A stretch of 64,000 nucleotides of DNA. It comes from Mobula hypostoma (taxonomy: Eukaryota). Position 1 is the first letter of the stretch. Every line of letters begins with the position of its first letter. Below the pieces are notes generated by a model. The model did no database searches and had not been told where the DNA came from. It saw nothing but the letters and a program-made list of their open reading frames with translations. A program made the position numbers and the translations under genes. This document shows, piece after piece, positions 38,550 to 51,170 of this stretch. The stretch lies in contig NC_086097.1 in assembly GCF_963921235.1 (NCBI RefSeq), positions 203,362,001-203,426,000 on the forward strand. Reading direction: 5' to 3'.

Positions 38550-40388
38550 TTTTTCTACGTTTCTATGACCATAAGAGTAGAATTAGGCCATTTGGCCCAT
38601 TGAGTCTGCTTTACATTCCATCGTAGCTGATCGCGGATCCCACTCAATCCCAAACACCTGCCTTCTCGCCATATCCTTTGATGCCTCCTGCCTGTCAGCC
38701 ATTCCTCTATCCATGCCAGTATCTTTCCTGTACTGCCAAAGGATTTTATCTTGTTAAGTAGCCTCATGTGTAGCACCTTATCAAATGCCTTCTGAAAATC
38801 CAATTAACTGAGACCCACTGCCTCTCCTTTGTCCACCCTGATTGTTACTTCCTTGAAGAACTCTAACAGATTTGTCAGGCAAGGTTTCCCTTTACAGAAA
38901 CCATGCCAACTTTGATTTATTTTATCATTAGTCTCCAAGTACCTCAAAATCTCATCCTTAATAATAGACTCCTGCACTTTCCCATCCACTGAGGTTAGGC
39001 TAACTGGCCTATAATTTCCTTTCTTTTGCCTTCCTCCTTTCTTAAAGAGTAGAGTGACATTCACAATTTTCCAGCCCTCTAGGACCATGCCAGAATCAAG
39101 TGGTTCTTGAAAGATCATGACCAATGCATCTGTTATCTCCTCAGCATTCTCTCTCAGGACTCTAGGATGTAGTCCATCTGGTCCAGGTGACTTATCCACC
39201 TGAGGACCTTTGAGTTTGCCCAGTACTTTTTCCTTTGTAATACCAATGGCACTCACTCCTTTTCTCTGACACTCACAGACCTCTGGCACACTGCTAGTGT
39301 CTTCCACAGTGAAGACAGATATAAAGTACACTGACAGAGTGATCAGCAGCACTGGGGCTCCACAGGGGACTGTCTTGTCTCCCTTTCTCTTCACCATTTA
39401 CACCTCGGACTTCAACTACTGCACAGAGTCTTGTCATCTTCAGAAGTTTTCTGATGACTCTGCCATTGTTGGATGCATCAGCAAAGGAGATGAGGCTGAG
39501 TACAGGGCTACAGTAGGAAACTTTGTCACATGGTGTGAGCAGAATTATCTGCAGCTTAATGTGAAAAAGACTAAGGAGCTGGTGGTAGACCTGAGGAGGG
39601 CTAAGGCACCGGTGACCCCTGTTTCCATCCAGGGGGTCAGTGTGGACATGGTGGAGGATTACAAATACTTGGGGATACGAATTGACAATAAACTGGACTG
39701 ATCAAAGAACACTGAGGCTGTCTACAAGAAGGGTCAGAGCCGTCTCTATTTCCTGAGGAGACTGAGGTCCTTTAACATCTGTTGGACGATGCTGAGGATG
39801 TTCTTCGAGTCTGCGGTGGCCAGTGCTACCATGTTTGCTGTTGTGTGCTGGGGCAGCAGGCTGAGGGTAGCAGACACCAACAGAATCAACAAACTCATTC
39901 GTAAGGCCAGTGATGTTGTGGGGATGGAACTGGACTCTCTGATGGTGGTGTCTGAAAAGAGGATGCTGTCCAAGTTGCATGCCATCTTGGACAATGTCTC
40001 CCATCCACTACATAATGTACTGGTTGGGCACAGGAGTACGTTCAACCAGGGACTCATTCCACCGAGATACAACATAGAGCGTCATAGGAAGTCATTCCTG
40101 CCTGTGGCCATCAAACTTTACAACTCTTCCCTTGGAGGGTCAGACACCCTGAGCCAATAGGCTGGTCCTGGACTTACTTCCTGGCATAATTTACATATTA
40201 CTGTTTAACTATTTATGGTTTTATTACTATTTATTATTTATGGTGCAACTGTAACGAAAACCAATTTCCCTCGGGATCAATAAAGTATGACTATGACTAT
40301 GACTATGACTAAGTTCATCTGCCATTTCTTTGTCCCCTATTACTACCTCACCAGTATCATTTTCCGGTGGTCCAATATCAACTCTCAG
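38550..40388 (-). mobile_element. CR1 LINE (pieces ~38550-39328 and ~40311-40388) interrupted by Rex1
   Basis: DKSPGPDGLHPRVL, GNYRPVSLTS, MDFQKAFDKV. Confidence 0.85.
39329..40310 (+). mobile_element. Young Rex1/Babar-type LINE, 5'-truncated
   Basis: GAPQGTVLSPFLF, KFSDD, YKYLG. A single in-frame TGA at 39699-39701. AATAAA followed by a (TATGAC)n tail. Confidence 0.92.
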
Positions 40389-41160
40389 GAAAGGGATCAA
40401 GGGGCATAAACCAGTTAAGTAATTGAGTGAGATGGCATATTATGATGAAAAGTGAAATTATGTGTTTTCGTGGAATATTGGAAGGATGTGACTTTTTTTT
40501 TACGAAGTAAGTAGATATTGATATTCAAAATAAATTGGGGGCCTATACACAGATCAGAACGATTAAAGGGAAACAGCTAAAAGCAGATTGGGTGGGTATG
40601 GGGTAAGTGTTAGGAAGTCTTGATACAGTTATGACTGGCACTGTTAGGAATGAGCCTGGGAGTACTGTGTACAATTTTAGCTTTGCGTTCTATGGGAAAC
40701 TAAGCTTTTCTAGGAAGGAGTAAAATAATTATTTACAAGATTGATTCCTGGAATAGGGGAACAGTTCCATGAGCAGTGATAGATTTAGGCTAACCCTTTG
40801 CTCTTTGGAGTTATGATGAGTAAGAGATATTTTTAAAAGGCTCGACAGGATAGAGGCTCCTTCCTCTGGTTGGATATAAACATTGCCTCAGGATAAGAGT
40901 TGGTACTTTAGGACTGAGATTGGTAGCCATTTCTCTATTCACGGTGTTGTGTATCTCTGGAATTTTCTACCCAGGGGATTGTGGCTACCCCATTCCCTGC
41001 ACACTGTCCATTAACCCAGCCTCCCAGATGTGGAAGGTTGAATGAGTTGCTGCTTTGTGTTTAACAGGTATCTGACAAAGTAGAGTAAATAGCAGGTAGG
41101 CCTCGTACATAGCATCCTGTTTGGTGTTCTTATTTGTGCTCTTACCTGTTTTGGAACTAG

Positions 41161-41254
41161 GCTGGAACTCTACAGAATCTTGGAAAATGAGGAACTTTTT
41201 GAAACACAGAACAAAGAGAACTATGACCAACATGCTCAGCTGAGTTACCATGAG
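41161..41254 (+). CDS. CLC gene exon, CBS1 end / inter-CBS linker
   Basis: Acceptor ggaactag|G, donor GAG|gtgaga. AG+G completes Arg. Translates LELYRILENEELFETQNKENYDQHAQLSYHE. 94 nt converts phase 2 to phase 0, as the flanking exons require. Confidence 0.82.
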
Positions 41255-41964
41255 GTGAGAATTACTGGAGGAACTTGTATGTTGATAATTGTCTATGCAA
41301 GGTGGCTTGGGACCTCACCCCGGAACCCACACACATGGGCAAAAGTAAAATATTCTCAAAAATTCTTCAGATGCACAGTTTCTTGTCTAGATCTCGCTGA
41401 GGATTGTTTTTGCAGATTCAGGTTTTCAAAGACGCTCATGATGGAGATAAGTGAGGGAAGGATTTTGTTATGCATTGGTTCTGGGACTGCTTTACTAATG
41501 AGATCAAGTTCATGTGGAGTGTCATCCTTATCACTACAGGATAATTTGAAGTGGCCACAGCAGATCTCTCAATGTTTCCCAAGTTGTTGCTCATTACTCA
41601 AGTGGGATTGCTTTCTCTGCTTTGTTTTAGCAAGAGCGGGTCACTTCTTGAACAGTGGAATATGCAAGATTTGTCAGCTTCCAACGAGTGCAGCTAGAAA
41701 TTAATTGAACTTACTTGTCATAACAGCTCTGCTCAGTAATCCTGACCTTTTCACCAGCAGCGAAGGCTCTCGCTCAATAAACGTACAGTCACGGTGGACC
41801 GTCAGAAGCTTGATGCGAATGGTCAGTGCAATGTACTCTGGGGAAAGGAAACAGGTTTAGGGGAGTGAGGGTTGCCAGATATTCTCAGAGGTCATTACTG
41901 CTTGGCTGCATGGATTTATGGGGCAAAGATTGGCCCCTCAATATTTTTAGCATTTTAGAGATAT

Positions 41965-42420
41965 CTTGATCAAATGGGTGAGTGGTCCAAGGAATGGCAA
42001 ATGGAGTCTAATTCAGGTAAGTGCAAGATGATGGAATTTGTGAAGACAAATCAGGGTTGTGGAGCCAATGGTAAGGCCCTGGGATTGAATATGGCAGTAC
42101 AGAGGGACCTAGGAGTACAAATATTCAGTACCCTGAGAGGGGTATTACAGTTAGACAGGGAGGTGAAGAAGACTCTGACAAGCTAGCCTTCATTCGTCAG
42201 GGCAGTGAGTATTGAAGCTGGGATGTTATAATGCAGTTGTATAAGATGTTGGTGAGGCTGGATTTGGAAAGTTATGTTCAGTTTTGCTCACCATGTCATA
42301 CAAAAGATACCATCAATCTGGAAAGAATGCAGAGGAGATTTACAAGGAGTTGCTTGGATTTGTGGGTATAGGTCTAAGGTGAGGGGTGAGTGGTTTACTA
42401 GGAACCTGAGGGGCAATGAA
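41965..42420 (+). mobile_element. CR1 fragment
   Basis: EWSKEWQME, QRDLGV. Confidence 0.7.
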
Positions 42421-42565
42421 TTGTTTACTTTCTCACCTGCACTTGACCTGTCACTTAGCAGTCCTGCTTGGGGAGTTTACAACCCAATGGTCTGAATACA
42501 GAATTTTCTAAGTTCAAGGTAACACTCACACCAATATGTTACACTTAAACACACATACATGCATG

Positions 42566-42569
<4 letters not shown>

Positions 42570-42607
<38 letters not shown>
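42570..42607. repeat. (CA)19 microsatellite
   Basis: Direct read. Confidence 0.95.
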
Positions 42608-42613
<6 letters not shown>

Positions 42614-42639
42614 TACTCATCTATCCACTTAATTTTTTT

Positions 42640-42835
42640 CTCCCTTTATTTAGTCTTGCCATCTGCTCACCATCTGGTTTCACCCATCACCTACCAGACT
42701 CTGAAGCAACCCCCCCCCACCACCATTTACTGCTACATACTGACGATTTTCCCCTTTCCTTCTCAGTCCTAATGCAGGGTTTTAACCCGCAATGTTGACT
42801 AACATCTTTTGCCTCCACAAATGCTGCTTGCTGAA
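42640..42835 (+). mobile_element. Old Penelope-type 3' UTR fragment with decayed hammerhead
   Basis: cagtc-ctaatgc-agggttttaaccc-gcaa-tgttgact...atgctgcttg resembles the pLTR motif. Confidence 0.5.
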
Positions 42836-43164
42836 TTAATGATACAGCAGGAGCAGTTTGCTGATGTTCAGTGTCTCTATCGGAGTGAACAGAGCACTGG
42901 TCACAGACAGCCTCCCCATCCGCTGAGATTGGTAATTTGGTCATGACTAGCATCTCATTGCTCCATGATGACCGAAGTCTGCTGTGATATGGCTTCTCTC
43001 TGTGCCACAGGGATGTCCAGCTGCTCCCTAGGGGCATATTACAGGTATGCTTGAAAGGCTTCCATGTGATAAAGTCTACCAAAAGTAGAAATGAGGCCAA
43101 GACCATATCAGCTATGCCCTTCACGAATGGCCCTTCACGAATGGTGGCTTTGATCTCTTTTATT

Positions 43165-44822
43165 CTCAAAGTTCAAAAGCTTTATAGTTCAAAGTATGTA
43201 CATGTTACCATATACTACCTCGAGATTAATTTTCTTGCAGGCATTTATAGGAAAGTAAAGAAATACAATAAAATTCATACATAAGCAAAGACTGGCAAAC
43301 AAAGTGCAAAGAAGACAAAAATGAGAACATGATTTGTAAAGAGTCTTGAAAGAGAGTCTGTGGGTCATAGGATCAGTTCAGATTAGTGGTGAGTGAAATT
43401 ATCCATGCCAGTTCAGCAGTCTGATGGTTGTAGGGTAATAACTATTCCTGAGGCTGGTGGTGTGGGACCTAATGCTTCCTTACCTCCTGCCTGATGTTTG
43501 TAGCAAGAAGAGAGCATTGTCTGAATGATAGGGCTCTTTGATGATGGATTCTGCTTTCTTGTCATTGCCCTGACACAGTGGTGTCAAGAAAACAATCTCT
43601 CCTTCAACGTCACAAAAACAATGTGCACTACAGGAGGAACGGACACAGGCTAGCCCCTATTGATATCAATGGGTCTGGGGTTGAGAGGGTGAACTGCTTT
43701 AAATTCCTCAGCATACACATCACATTCTGCAGTATGGTCTGTACATACTGGCTGTGTGGTGTAAAAAGCACAACAGCATCTCTTTCACCTCAGGCGGTTG
43801 AAGAAGTTTGGCATGAGTTCCCAAATCCTAAAGACTTTCTACAGGGGCACAATTAACAGCATCCTGACTGGCTGTATTACTGGTATGGGAACTGTACTTC
43901 CCTCAATTGCAGCGCTCTGCAGACAGCCCAGCGCATCTGTAGATGTGAACTTCCCACTATTCAGGACATTTATAGTGACAGGTGCATAACAAGGGCCTGA
44001 AGGGTCTTTGGGGACCCGAGTCACCCCAACCACAAACTGTTCCAAGTGCTACCATCTGGGGAAAGGTACTGCAGCATAAAAGCCAGGACCAACAGGGTCC
44101 GGGACAGCTTCTTCCACCAGGCCATCAGAATGATTAATTCACACTGATACAATTGAATTTTTATGCTATATTGGCTGTCCTGTTGTACATACTATTTATT
44201 ACAAATTACCATAAATTACACATTGCACATTTAGACAGAGATGTAACATAAAGATTTTTACTCCTCATGTACGTGAAGGATGTAAGAAATAAAGTTAATT
44301 CAATTAAATATACTCGATACTGGAGAGAGTGATGGACTGGGTGGTATCCAGCACTTTCTGATGTCTTTTCTGTTCCTGGGCTTTGGTGTTTCCATACTAG
44401 GCCTTGATACAACCAGTTAGGATACTCTCCTCTGTGCATCTATAGAAGTTTGTTGAAGTTTTATTGACATGCTGAATCTTCACAAATTTGTAAGAAAGTA
44501 AAGGTTCTGTTCTTTGCGATGGTATTAACATACTGGTCCCATTATAGATCCTCTGATAAGTTAACACCAAGGAAATTAAAGCTACTGACACTCTCCACCT
44601 CCAATCCCCTAAAGAGGACTGGCTCATAGACTTCTGGCTTCTTCCACTTGTTGTCGATATCAGCTCTTTAGTTTTGCTGATATTGAGTGAGAGGTTGTTT
44701 TCAGCCCATTTTCCAATTTGGTCCAGATCCTGGGGCAAACGTTGATAGCCTTCCTTGTTGTCCACTATGTGTCCAATCTTGGTGTCATCCGCAGATTTGC
44801 TGAACCAGTTTACCACATTATT
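43165..44822. mobile_element. Cluster of Rex1 fragments (~43165-43560 -, ~43575-44300 +, ~44320-44700 -) and a CR1 piece (~44700-44822 -)
   Basis: VERVNCFKFL, ESILTGCI, NNLSLNISKTKELI, SKSADDTKIG. Confidence 0.75.
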
Positions 44823-45845
44823 ACATTACTACTTTAGTTATTTAAATGTCTACAAATATTTATTTTTTAATTTTATATTTTTTAATAAAATAGTTTTGTA
44901 ATTTAACATTGTGATACATTTTAAACATATACTAGAACTGCAAATGAAACAAATTAAAACCAGAGATAAGCACAAACTGGAACCTACTGGTCAGACCAAC
45001 TAGCATTATAATTATTTTATTACAATCATTTTCTTCCAGCTCACCACACTGACTTTTGCCCATGAGTATCACTCCTGATACGTGCAATAAAAGCACTTCC
45101 ATAAAGAAACACAGCAAACTTTCCATACATCTTGGGTGGCCTTATAAGAAAAACGGAACTGAACAAGATAGATAGGAGGTCAAACAATGCAGTTTTCCTC
45201 TTCTCTGCACTGGATATACACCTGCACTGTCAGGGAATACCAGTTCTGCTCCATTTTTAGTAACACAATCAACTGAGATATTCAAAACTTGATGAAAGTA
45301 TATTTGGGAAGCCAGCTTACCTATGATTTTAACTGTTGCTCAATGGGCTGTATAGATATGTTCCCAGTATCTTATAGTCTTTTCTTAATCCTACATGATC
45401 ATTGACTAGTAATAAAAAGCTAACATTGATCATTTTTGTGAGAGCTGAAAAAACGAGAACTTGTTCCATAAATATTTCTCATCCAAACAGTGGAGCAAAT
45501 TAATGGACAGTCCTGTTCTACTTTAAGTCCAAGCAGAATGTTCTTTTTGATCTTCTCAAGAGATCCAGTAGAATTTTTCTTTAATTCAAAAATAGACAAA
45601 ATAAATTGAAAGGCCAGGATGTTTCACAGAACTGTTCCTAATCTGCCAATATTAATTCATGGAAGCATGTCAGAAAGTTCTCTTGCACTTGCAAATAGAG
45701 TTTGGACCATACTTCTGGTGAGGCAATATAATGTAAGTGGAGTAGGAAAAATCTCAGTCAATATTTTACTGATCAGCTCTTTGCTAAATTTGCACTTATA
45801 ATCCAGATATGCTACTATTCTGTCTTTTACCCAATTTCTTGATAG

Positions 45846-45938
45846 ATTTCTATCAAGTTGCAAAATATGACAAAGATAAATCTGCTCCTGAACATGTACA
45901 GAACTGACAACCGATATAAGGACTACTATATCAACTTG
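45846..45938 (+). CDS. CLC gene exon, linker into CBS2
   Basis: Acceptor tttcttgatag|ATT, donor TTG|gtaagc. 93 nt, phase 0-0. Translates ISIKLQNMTKINLLLNMYRTDNRYKDYYINL and joins to KPYIN, giving the CBS2 start 'INL-PY-N'. Not in the ORF track. Confidence 0.82.
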
Positions 45939-46354
45939 GTAAGCAGGTTATGCAAAAAGCTGAATAAATTCTCTTGAATTAAGGGTGGGCTTATTAGACT
46001 TATCACTCAGAACCTTTAGAGTTCTTATTAAAAATTCTTCTGAAAATAGCTTGATTGTAAATGATTAATTCTTCACACAGATCAATTGTGCATGGTTTGT
46101 ATAATTACAAATGATAACAGCAATGGACAGACAAGATATATAATCTTTACACTGAGTGACTTGATGGTATTCTCATTTAAGAGAAACTACTTGAATTTGA
46201 TCATTTGGAGCAGATGATGGTGAAAGATAATGATATTTTAGAGGGTATTTTGTCTTCATAATCTGTCAATGTGGAGCACAGATGTCCTTTAGCTCTACAA
46301 GTTCATGTCCTAGTTCATGTTTCAATGCCTTCATTGACACCTTCCTCACTGAAT

Positions 46355-47575
46355 TAGAGTCGTAGAAAAGTACAGCACAGATACAGGTCCTCTGACCCAT
46401 CTAGTCCATGCTGAAACATTTAACCTGCCTGCTCCCATTGACCTGCACCGGGACCTTTGCCCTCCATACCTCTGTCACTCATGTACCCATCTCTTAAATG
46501 TTGAAATCGAGCTTGCATGTACCACTTATGCTAGCTCTCATTCCACACTCTCACGACCTCTGAATGAAGAAGTTTCCCCTCATGTTCCCTTAACTTTTCA
46601 CCTTTCGCTCTTAACCCATGATCTATAGTTGTAGTCCCACCCAACCTCAGTGGAAAAAGCCTGCTTGCCTGTACCCAATCTGTACCCCTTGTAATTTGTA
46701 TACCTCTATCAAATCTCTTCTATGTTCCAAGAAATAAAATCTTACCCTATTCAATCTTCCCTTATAACTCAGGTCTCCCAGACCCAGTAACATCCTTGTA
46801 AATGTTATCTCTTTAAACCTTATTTACATCTTTCCTGCAGGTAGCTGACCAGAACTGCACATGGTACACTAAATTAGGCCTCACCAATGTCTTATACAAC
46901 CTCAACATAACATCCCATCTCCTGTACTCAGTAATTTGATTTATGAAGGCCAATGTGCCAAAAGCTTTCTTTATGACCCTATTTACCTGTGATGTCATTT
47001 TCAATGAATTATGGACCTGTATTCCCAGGTCCCTTTGTCCTACTGCGCTCCTCGGTGCTCTATCATTCACCGGGTAAGGCCTACCCTGGCTGGTTCTACT
47101 AAAGTACAATAGCTTGCACTTAAGTTCAATCTGCCACTTTTCCAGCTGGTCCAGATCCTGCTGCATGCCATGCACTATCCACTGCATCCCCAATCTTGGT
47201 GTCATCTGCAAGTTTACTGATCCAGTTAACCACATTGTCATTCAGATCATTGATATAAATGACAAACAACAATGGACCCAGTATGGATCCCTGCAGTACT
47301 CCACTAGGCACAGGCCTCCAGTCAGAGAGGTAACCATCTACTGCAATTCTCTGGCTTCTACCACAACTCTAATATCTTAATGTACTATATCACTTTGAAT
47401 ACCGAGTGACCGAACCTTCTTGTGGGACCTTGTCAAAGGCTGTACTTAAATAAACGTAGACAACATTCACTACCTTACTTTCATCAACTTCCTTAGTAAC
47501 TTCCTTGAAAAACTCAATAAGAATGGTTAGACATGACCTACCATACACAAAGCCATGCTGACTATCTAATCAGTC
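46355..47575 (-). mobile_element. CR1 LINE 3' half
   Basis: SGVLQGSILGPLLFVIYINDL, KLADDTKIG, LVRPNL. Confidence 0.88.
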
Positions 47576-47950
47576 CTTGAATTGCATCAGCTTGCCATTT
47601 AATTCCTTGAGTACATCTATTCACACATACCATATCATAACTCTACATTCTAACCACTTTCTGGGTGTAGATTTTTCTCTTGAATTTCTAGTTCATGTGT
47701 TCGTGACTGTTTGGTAAGTATGAATGAAATTTCTTCATGTTTCATTATTTTTTCTTGACTGGAATTTTATTTTATGTGCAGTTATTTGGGTATTAAGCTA
47801 AAAATGTTAAGCCAAGTTTTAAGAATGTTATTTGCAATTACAGATGATTCCAATCAATTACCCTGACATCTGTGTTAACTTGATGACACTCCTCTTGTTG
47901 ATTAAAGCAAAAAGTGAAATCTCCTCTTCTCTTTTGTTTGTTGCCTACAG

Positions 47951-48157
47951 AAACCATACATCAACCAGTCAGCCATGACTGTCCATGCTAATTTTTCCCT
48001 TCAACGCACTTATATCATTTTTCGAACATTAGGACTTCGCCACTTGACTGTTGTTGACTTGCAAAATCGTGTTCTTGGCATCATTACACGGAAAGATCTA
48101 ATGGGATTCCGAATTGAGGAGAAACTGTTGGAATCTAAGAAGTTGGAGAGTTTATGA
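47951..48157 (+). CDS. CLC gene terminal coding exon, CBS2 domain and stop
   Basis: Long polypyrimidine tract and cctacag|AAA. Translates KPYINQSAMTVHANFSLQRTYIIFRTLGLRHLTVVDLQNRVLGIITRKDLMGFRIEEKLLESKKLESL*. FRxLGLRHLxVV...GIITRKDL is the CLC CBS2 signature. Confidence 0.95.
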   Translation, partial: KPYINQSAMTVHANFSLQRTYIIFRTLGLRHLTVVDLQNRVLGIITRKDLMGFRIEEKLLESKKLESL

Positions 48158-48475
48158 AAGATAAAACTTATGATGGAAATTTTCACTTAATACTCGCTTG
48201 AAGTAGGGAAGTTGGCAACTGTTTCTGAGAGACACTTGACCATTCCTATCTTTCACCTTCTATTCACCTTTATTTACAGACTCAGTCAGCCTGCCACAAC
48301 TTTTTAGAACAAATATTTTATTTCACTTGGGGAGAGTAGCATTGAAGCGTTTGCCATAGCATGTAATGTCTCTTTACCACACTTTAAAAAAATTACTATT
48401 GATTTTTTGTTTGTTCGTCAGTGGTGAAGGATAGTAATTAGCAACCATCACCTGAAGTGCAGTTGCTCACATCTT

Positions 48476-51170
48476 AGAATCATAGCTATAGAACACTACA
48501 GCACAGAAACAGGTGCTTCAGCCAATCTAGTCCATGCTGAACCATTAATCTGCCTAGTTCCATGCACTGCACCTGGAACATAGCCCTCCATATCCAACTT
48601 TCTCTTAAATGTTGAAATCAAACCTGCATCCACTGCTTGCACCGGTAACTCGTTCTACAATTTAACCACCCTCTAAGTGAAGAACTTTCCCTTCAGGTTC
48701 CCCTTAAACTGTTTTACTTTTCACCCTTAACCCATGACTTGTAGTTGTAGTCTCATCCACCCTCAGTAGAAAAATGCCTGCTGCATTTACCCTATCTATA
48801 TCCCTCATAATTTTGTATACTTCTGATCAAATCTTCCCTCAGACTTTCTCTGTCACTCATGTCTTCAACTCCCAGCAACATCATTGTAAATTTCCTCTGC
48901 AGCCTTTCAACCTAATTTACATCCTTCCAGAAGGTAGGTGACCAAAACTGCACACAATGCTCCAAATTAGGCCTCATGAATGTCTTGTACAATATCAATA
49001 TAATATCACAACTCCTGTACTCAATACATTGATTTATGAAAGTCAATGTGCCAAAAACTTTCTTTACGAGCCAATCAACTTGTGAAGTCACTAACAAGGA
49101 ATTACAATCCTGTATTCCCATATCACTCTGTTCTATCACACTCCTCAGTGTCCTACAACTCACCATGTAAGACCTAGCTTGGTTGGTCCTCCCCAAATGC
49201 AACAACTCATACTAGTCTGCATTAAATCCCATCTGCCATTTTTCAGACCATTTTTCCAGCTAGTCCAGGTCCTGCTTCAAACTTTGATAGTCTTCTTCAC
49301 TGGGCACTACACTCCTGGTCTTGGTGCCATCCACAAATTTGCAGATCCAGTTTACCACATTATCATACAGATTGTTGATATAGATGACAAACAACAATGG
49401 ATACAGCACTGATTCCTGTGGCATGCCACTAGTCACAGGCCTCCAGTCAGAGAGACAACCACTTACTACCACTCTCTGGATTCTTCCACAAAGCCGATGT
49501 CTGATACAATTTACTAGCTTATAATGAATACCAAGTGACTGAAACTCCTTGACCAACCTCCCATGCGGACCTTGTCAAAGACAATTTCCATCGCCTTGCC
49601 TTCATCAACTTTCCTGGTAACTTCCTTGAAAAACCCTTTTAAGTTTCATTATACACGACCTACCATGCACAAAGCTATGTTGACTATTCCTAAGTCCCTG
49701 TCTATCCAAATACTTATATATCCAGTCCCTTAGAGTAGCAGCCAATACCTTTCTCACTACTGATGTCAGGCTCATTTGCACCTCTAAATCCTGCGGACTA
49801 TTGCGTGGTCTATGTTATAATCCCATTAATGTGGTCATACATTTCATATTCCTCAGTTCTACGCATAAGTCCTCACTAGACGAGCTCTCCAGTCTATCCT
49901 AACTGAGCAGTGCAATGACATTTTTTCTGGCTAGAAATGCCACCCCTCCCCCTTTTATCCCTCCTGCTCCGTCACATGTAAAACAGTGGAAACTCAGAAC
50001 ACTGAGCTGCCATTCCTGCCCCTCTTCAAACTAAGTCTTTACAATGTCATAATTCCATGTGTTGATCCATGCCCTTAGCTCAGCCACCTTTCCTACAGTT
50101 GTCCTGGCATTGAATTATATGCAGCTCAGAACATTAGCCCCACCATGCTCAACCTTTCATTTCCTGACTTTGTATCTAGGCTTAACAGCATCTTTCTCCA
50201 CAACCACTCCACCACCTGTTATGGCACTTTGGTTCCTATCCCCCCAGCAACTTCAGTTTAAACCACCTCCCCGTGCAGCATTCGCGAACCTTCCTGCTGG
50301 GATATTAGTCCTCTCCAGTTCAGGTGCAACCTCCTCTTACACAAATCCCACCTTCATTAGAAGAGAGCCCAGTGATCCAAAAATCTGAAGCCTCCCTACT
50401 TCACCATCTCCTCAGCTATGTGTTAAACTGTATGATCTTCACACTTCTGTCTTCACTTGACCGTGGTACTGGTAGTAATCCTGAGATCACAACCCTAGAG
50501 GTCCTGTCCTTCAACTTAGCACCTCACTCCCTGAATTCACTTTGCAGGACCTTGTCATTGCTCCTACCCATGTCATTGGTACCGACATGGGCCACAAGCT
50601 TTGGCTGCTCACCTACTTGAGGACTTGATTTGAGATGTCCTGGACCCTGGCACCCAGGAGGCAACATACCATCCTGGAATCTTGTTATTGTCCACAGAAC
50701 TTCCTGTCTGTTCCCCAACCAACAAATCTCCTATCATTACAGCTCGACTTTTCTCCCTCCCTTCCCTTCTGATTCACTGAGCCAGACTCCGTGTGACCAC
50801 TGTGCCTTTCCTTTGCTAGGTTATGCCCCCATCCTCAACAATATCCAAAGTGGTATACCTGTTATTGAGTGGAATGGGACGGGGTACACTGCGCTGGCTG
50901 TCCATTCCCTTTCCCCTCCCTGATGGTCACCCAGTTACCTGTGTTCAGCACCTTGGGTGTAACTACCTCTCTAAATGTCCTGTCTATCAACCTCTCAAGC
51001 CTCCTGAATGATCTAGAGTTCATTCAGTTGATGCTCCAACTCCTTAATGCAGTCTATTAGAAGCTGCAGCTGGATGTTTGCAGGTGAAGACTTCTGGGAC
51101 ACTGGAGGTCTCCTGCTTTCTCACATCCTACAAGAGGAGCATCCTAATCTCCTGCCTGGCATCCCCACTG
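48476..51170 (-). mobile_element. CR1 LINE spanning ORF1 to 3' tail, with deletions
   Basis: VAHVGTNDMG (ORF1), VTSGMPQ...LLFVIYINNL, RPNLEHCVQFW. Confidence 0.87.

Noticed and set aside
41255..41704. Continuation of the 174-aa ORF
   Set aside because: Read-through past the GAG|gtgaga donor into intron; the peptide has no recognisable features.
48110..48157. Possible dileucine sorting or PDZ motif in the CLC tail (EEKLL, -ESL)
   Set aside because: Spacing fits neither [DE]XXXL[LI] nor class I PDZ consensus.
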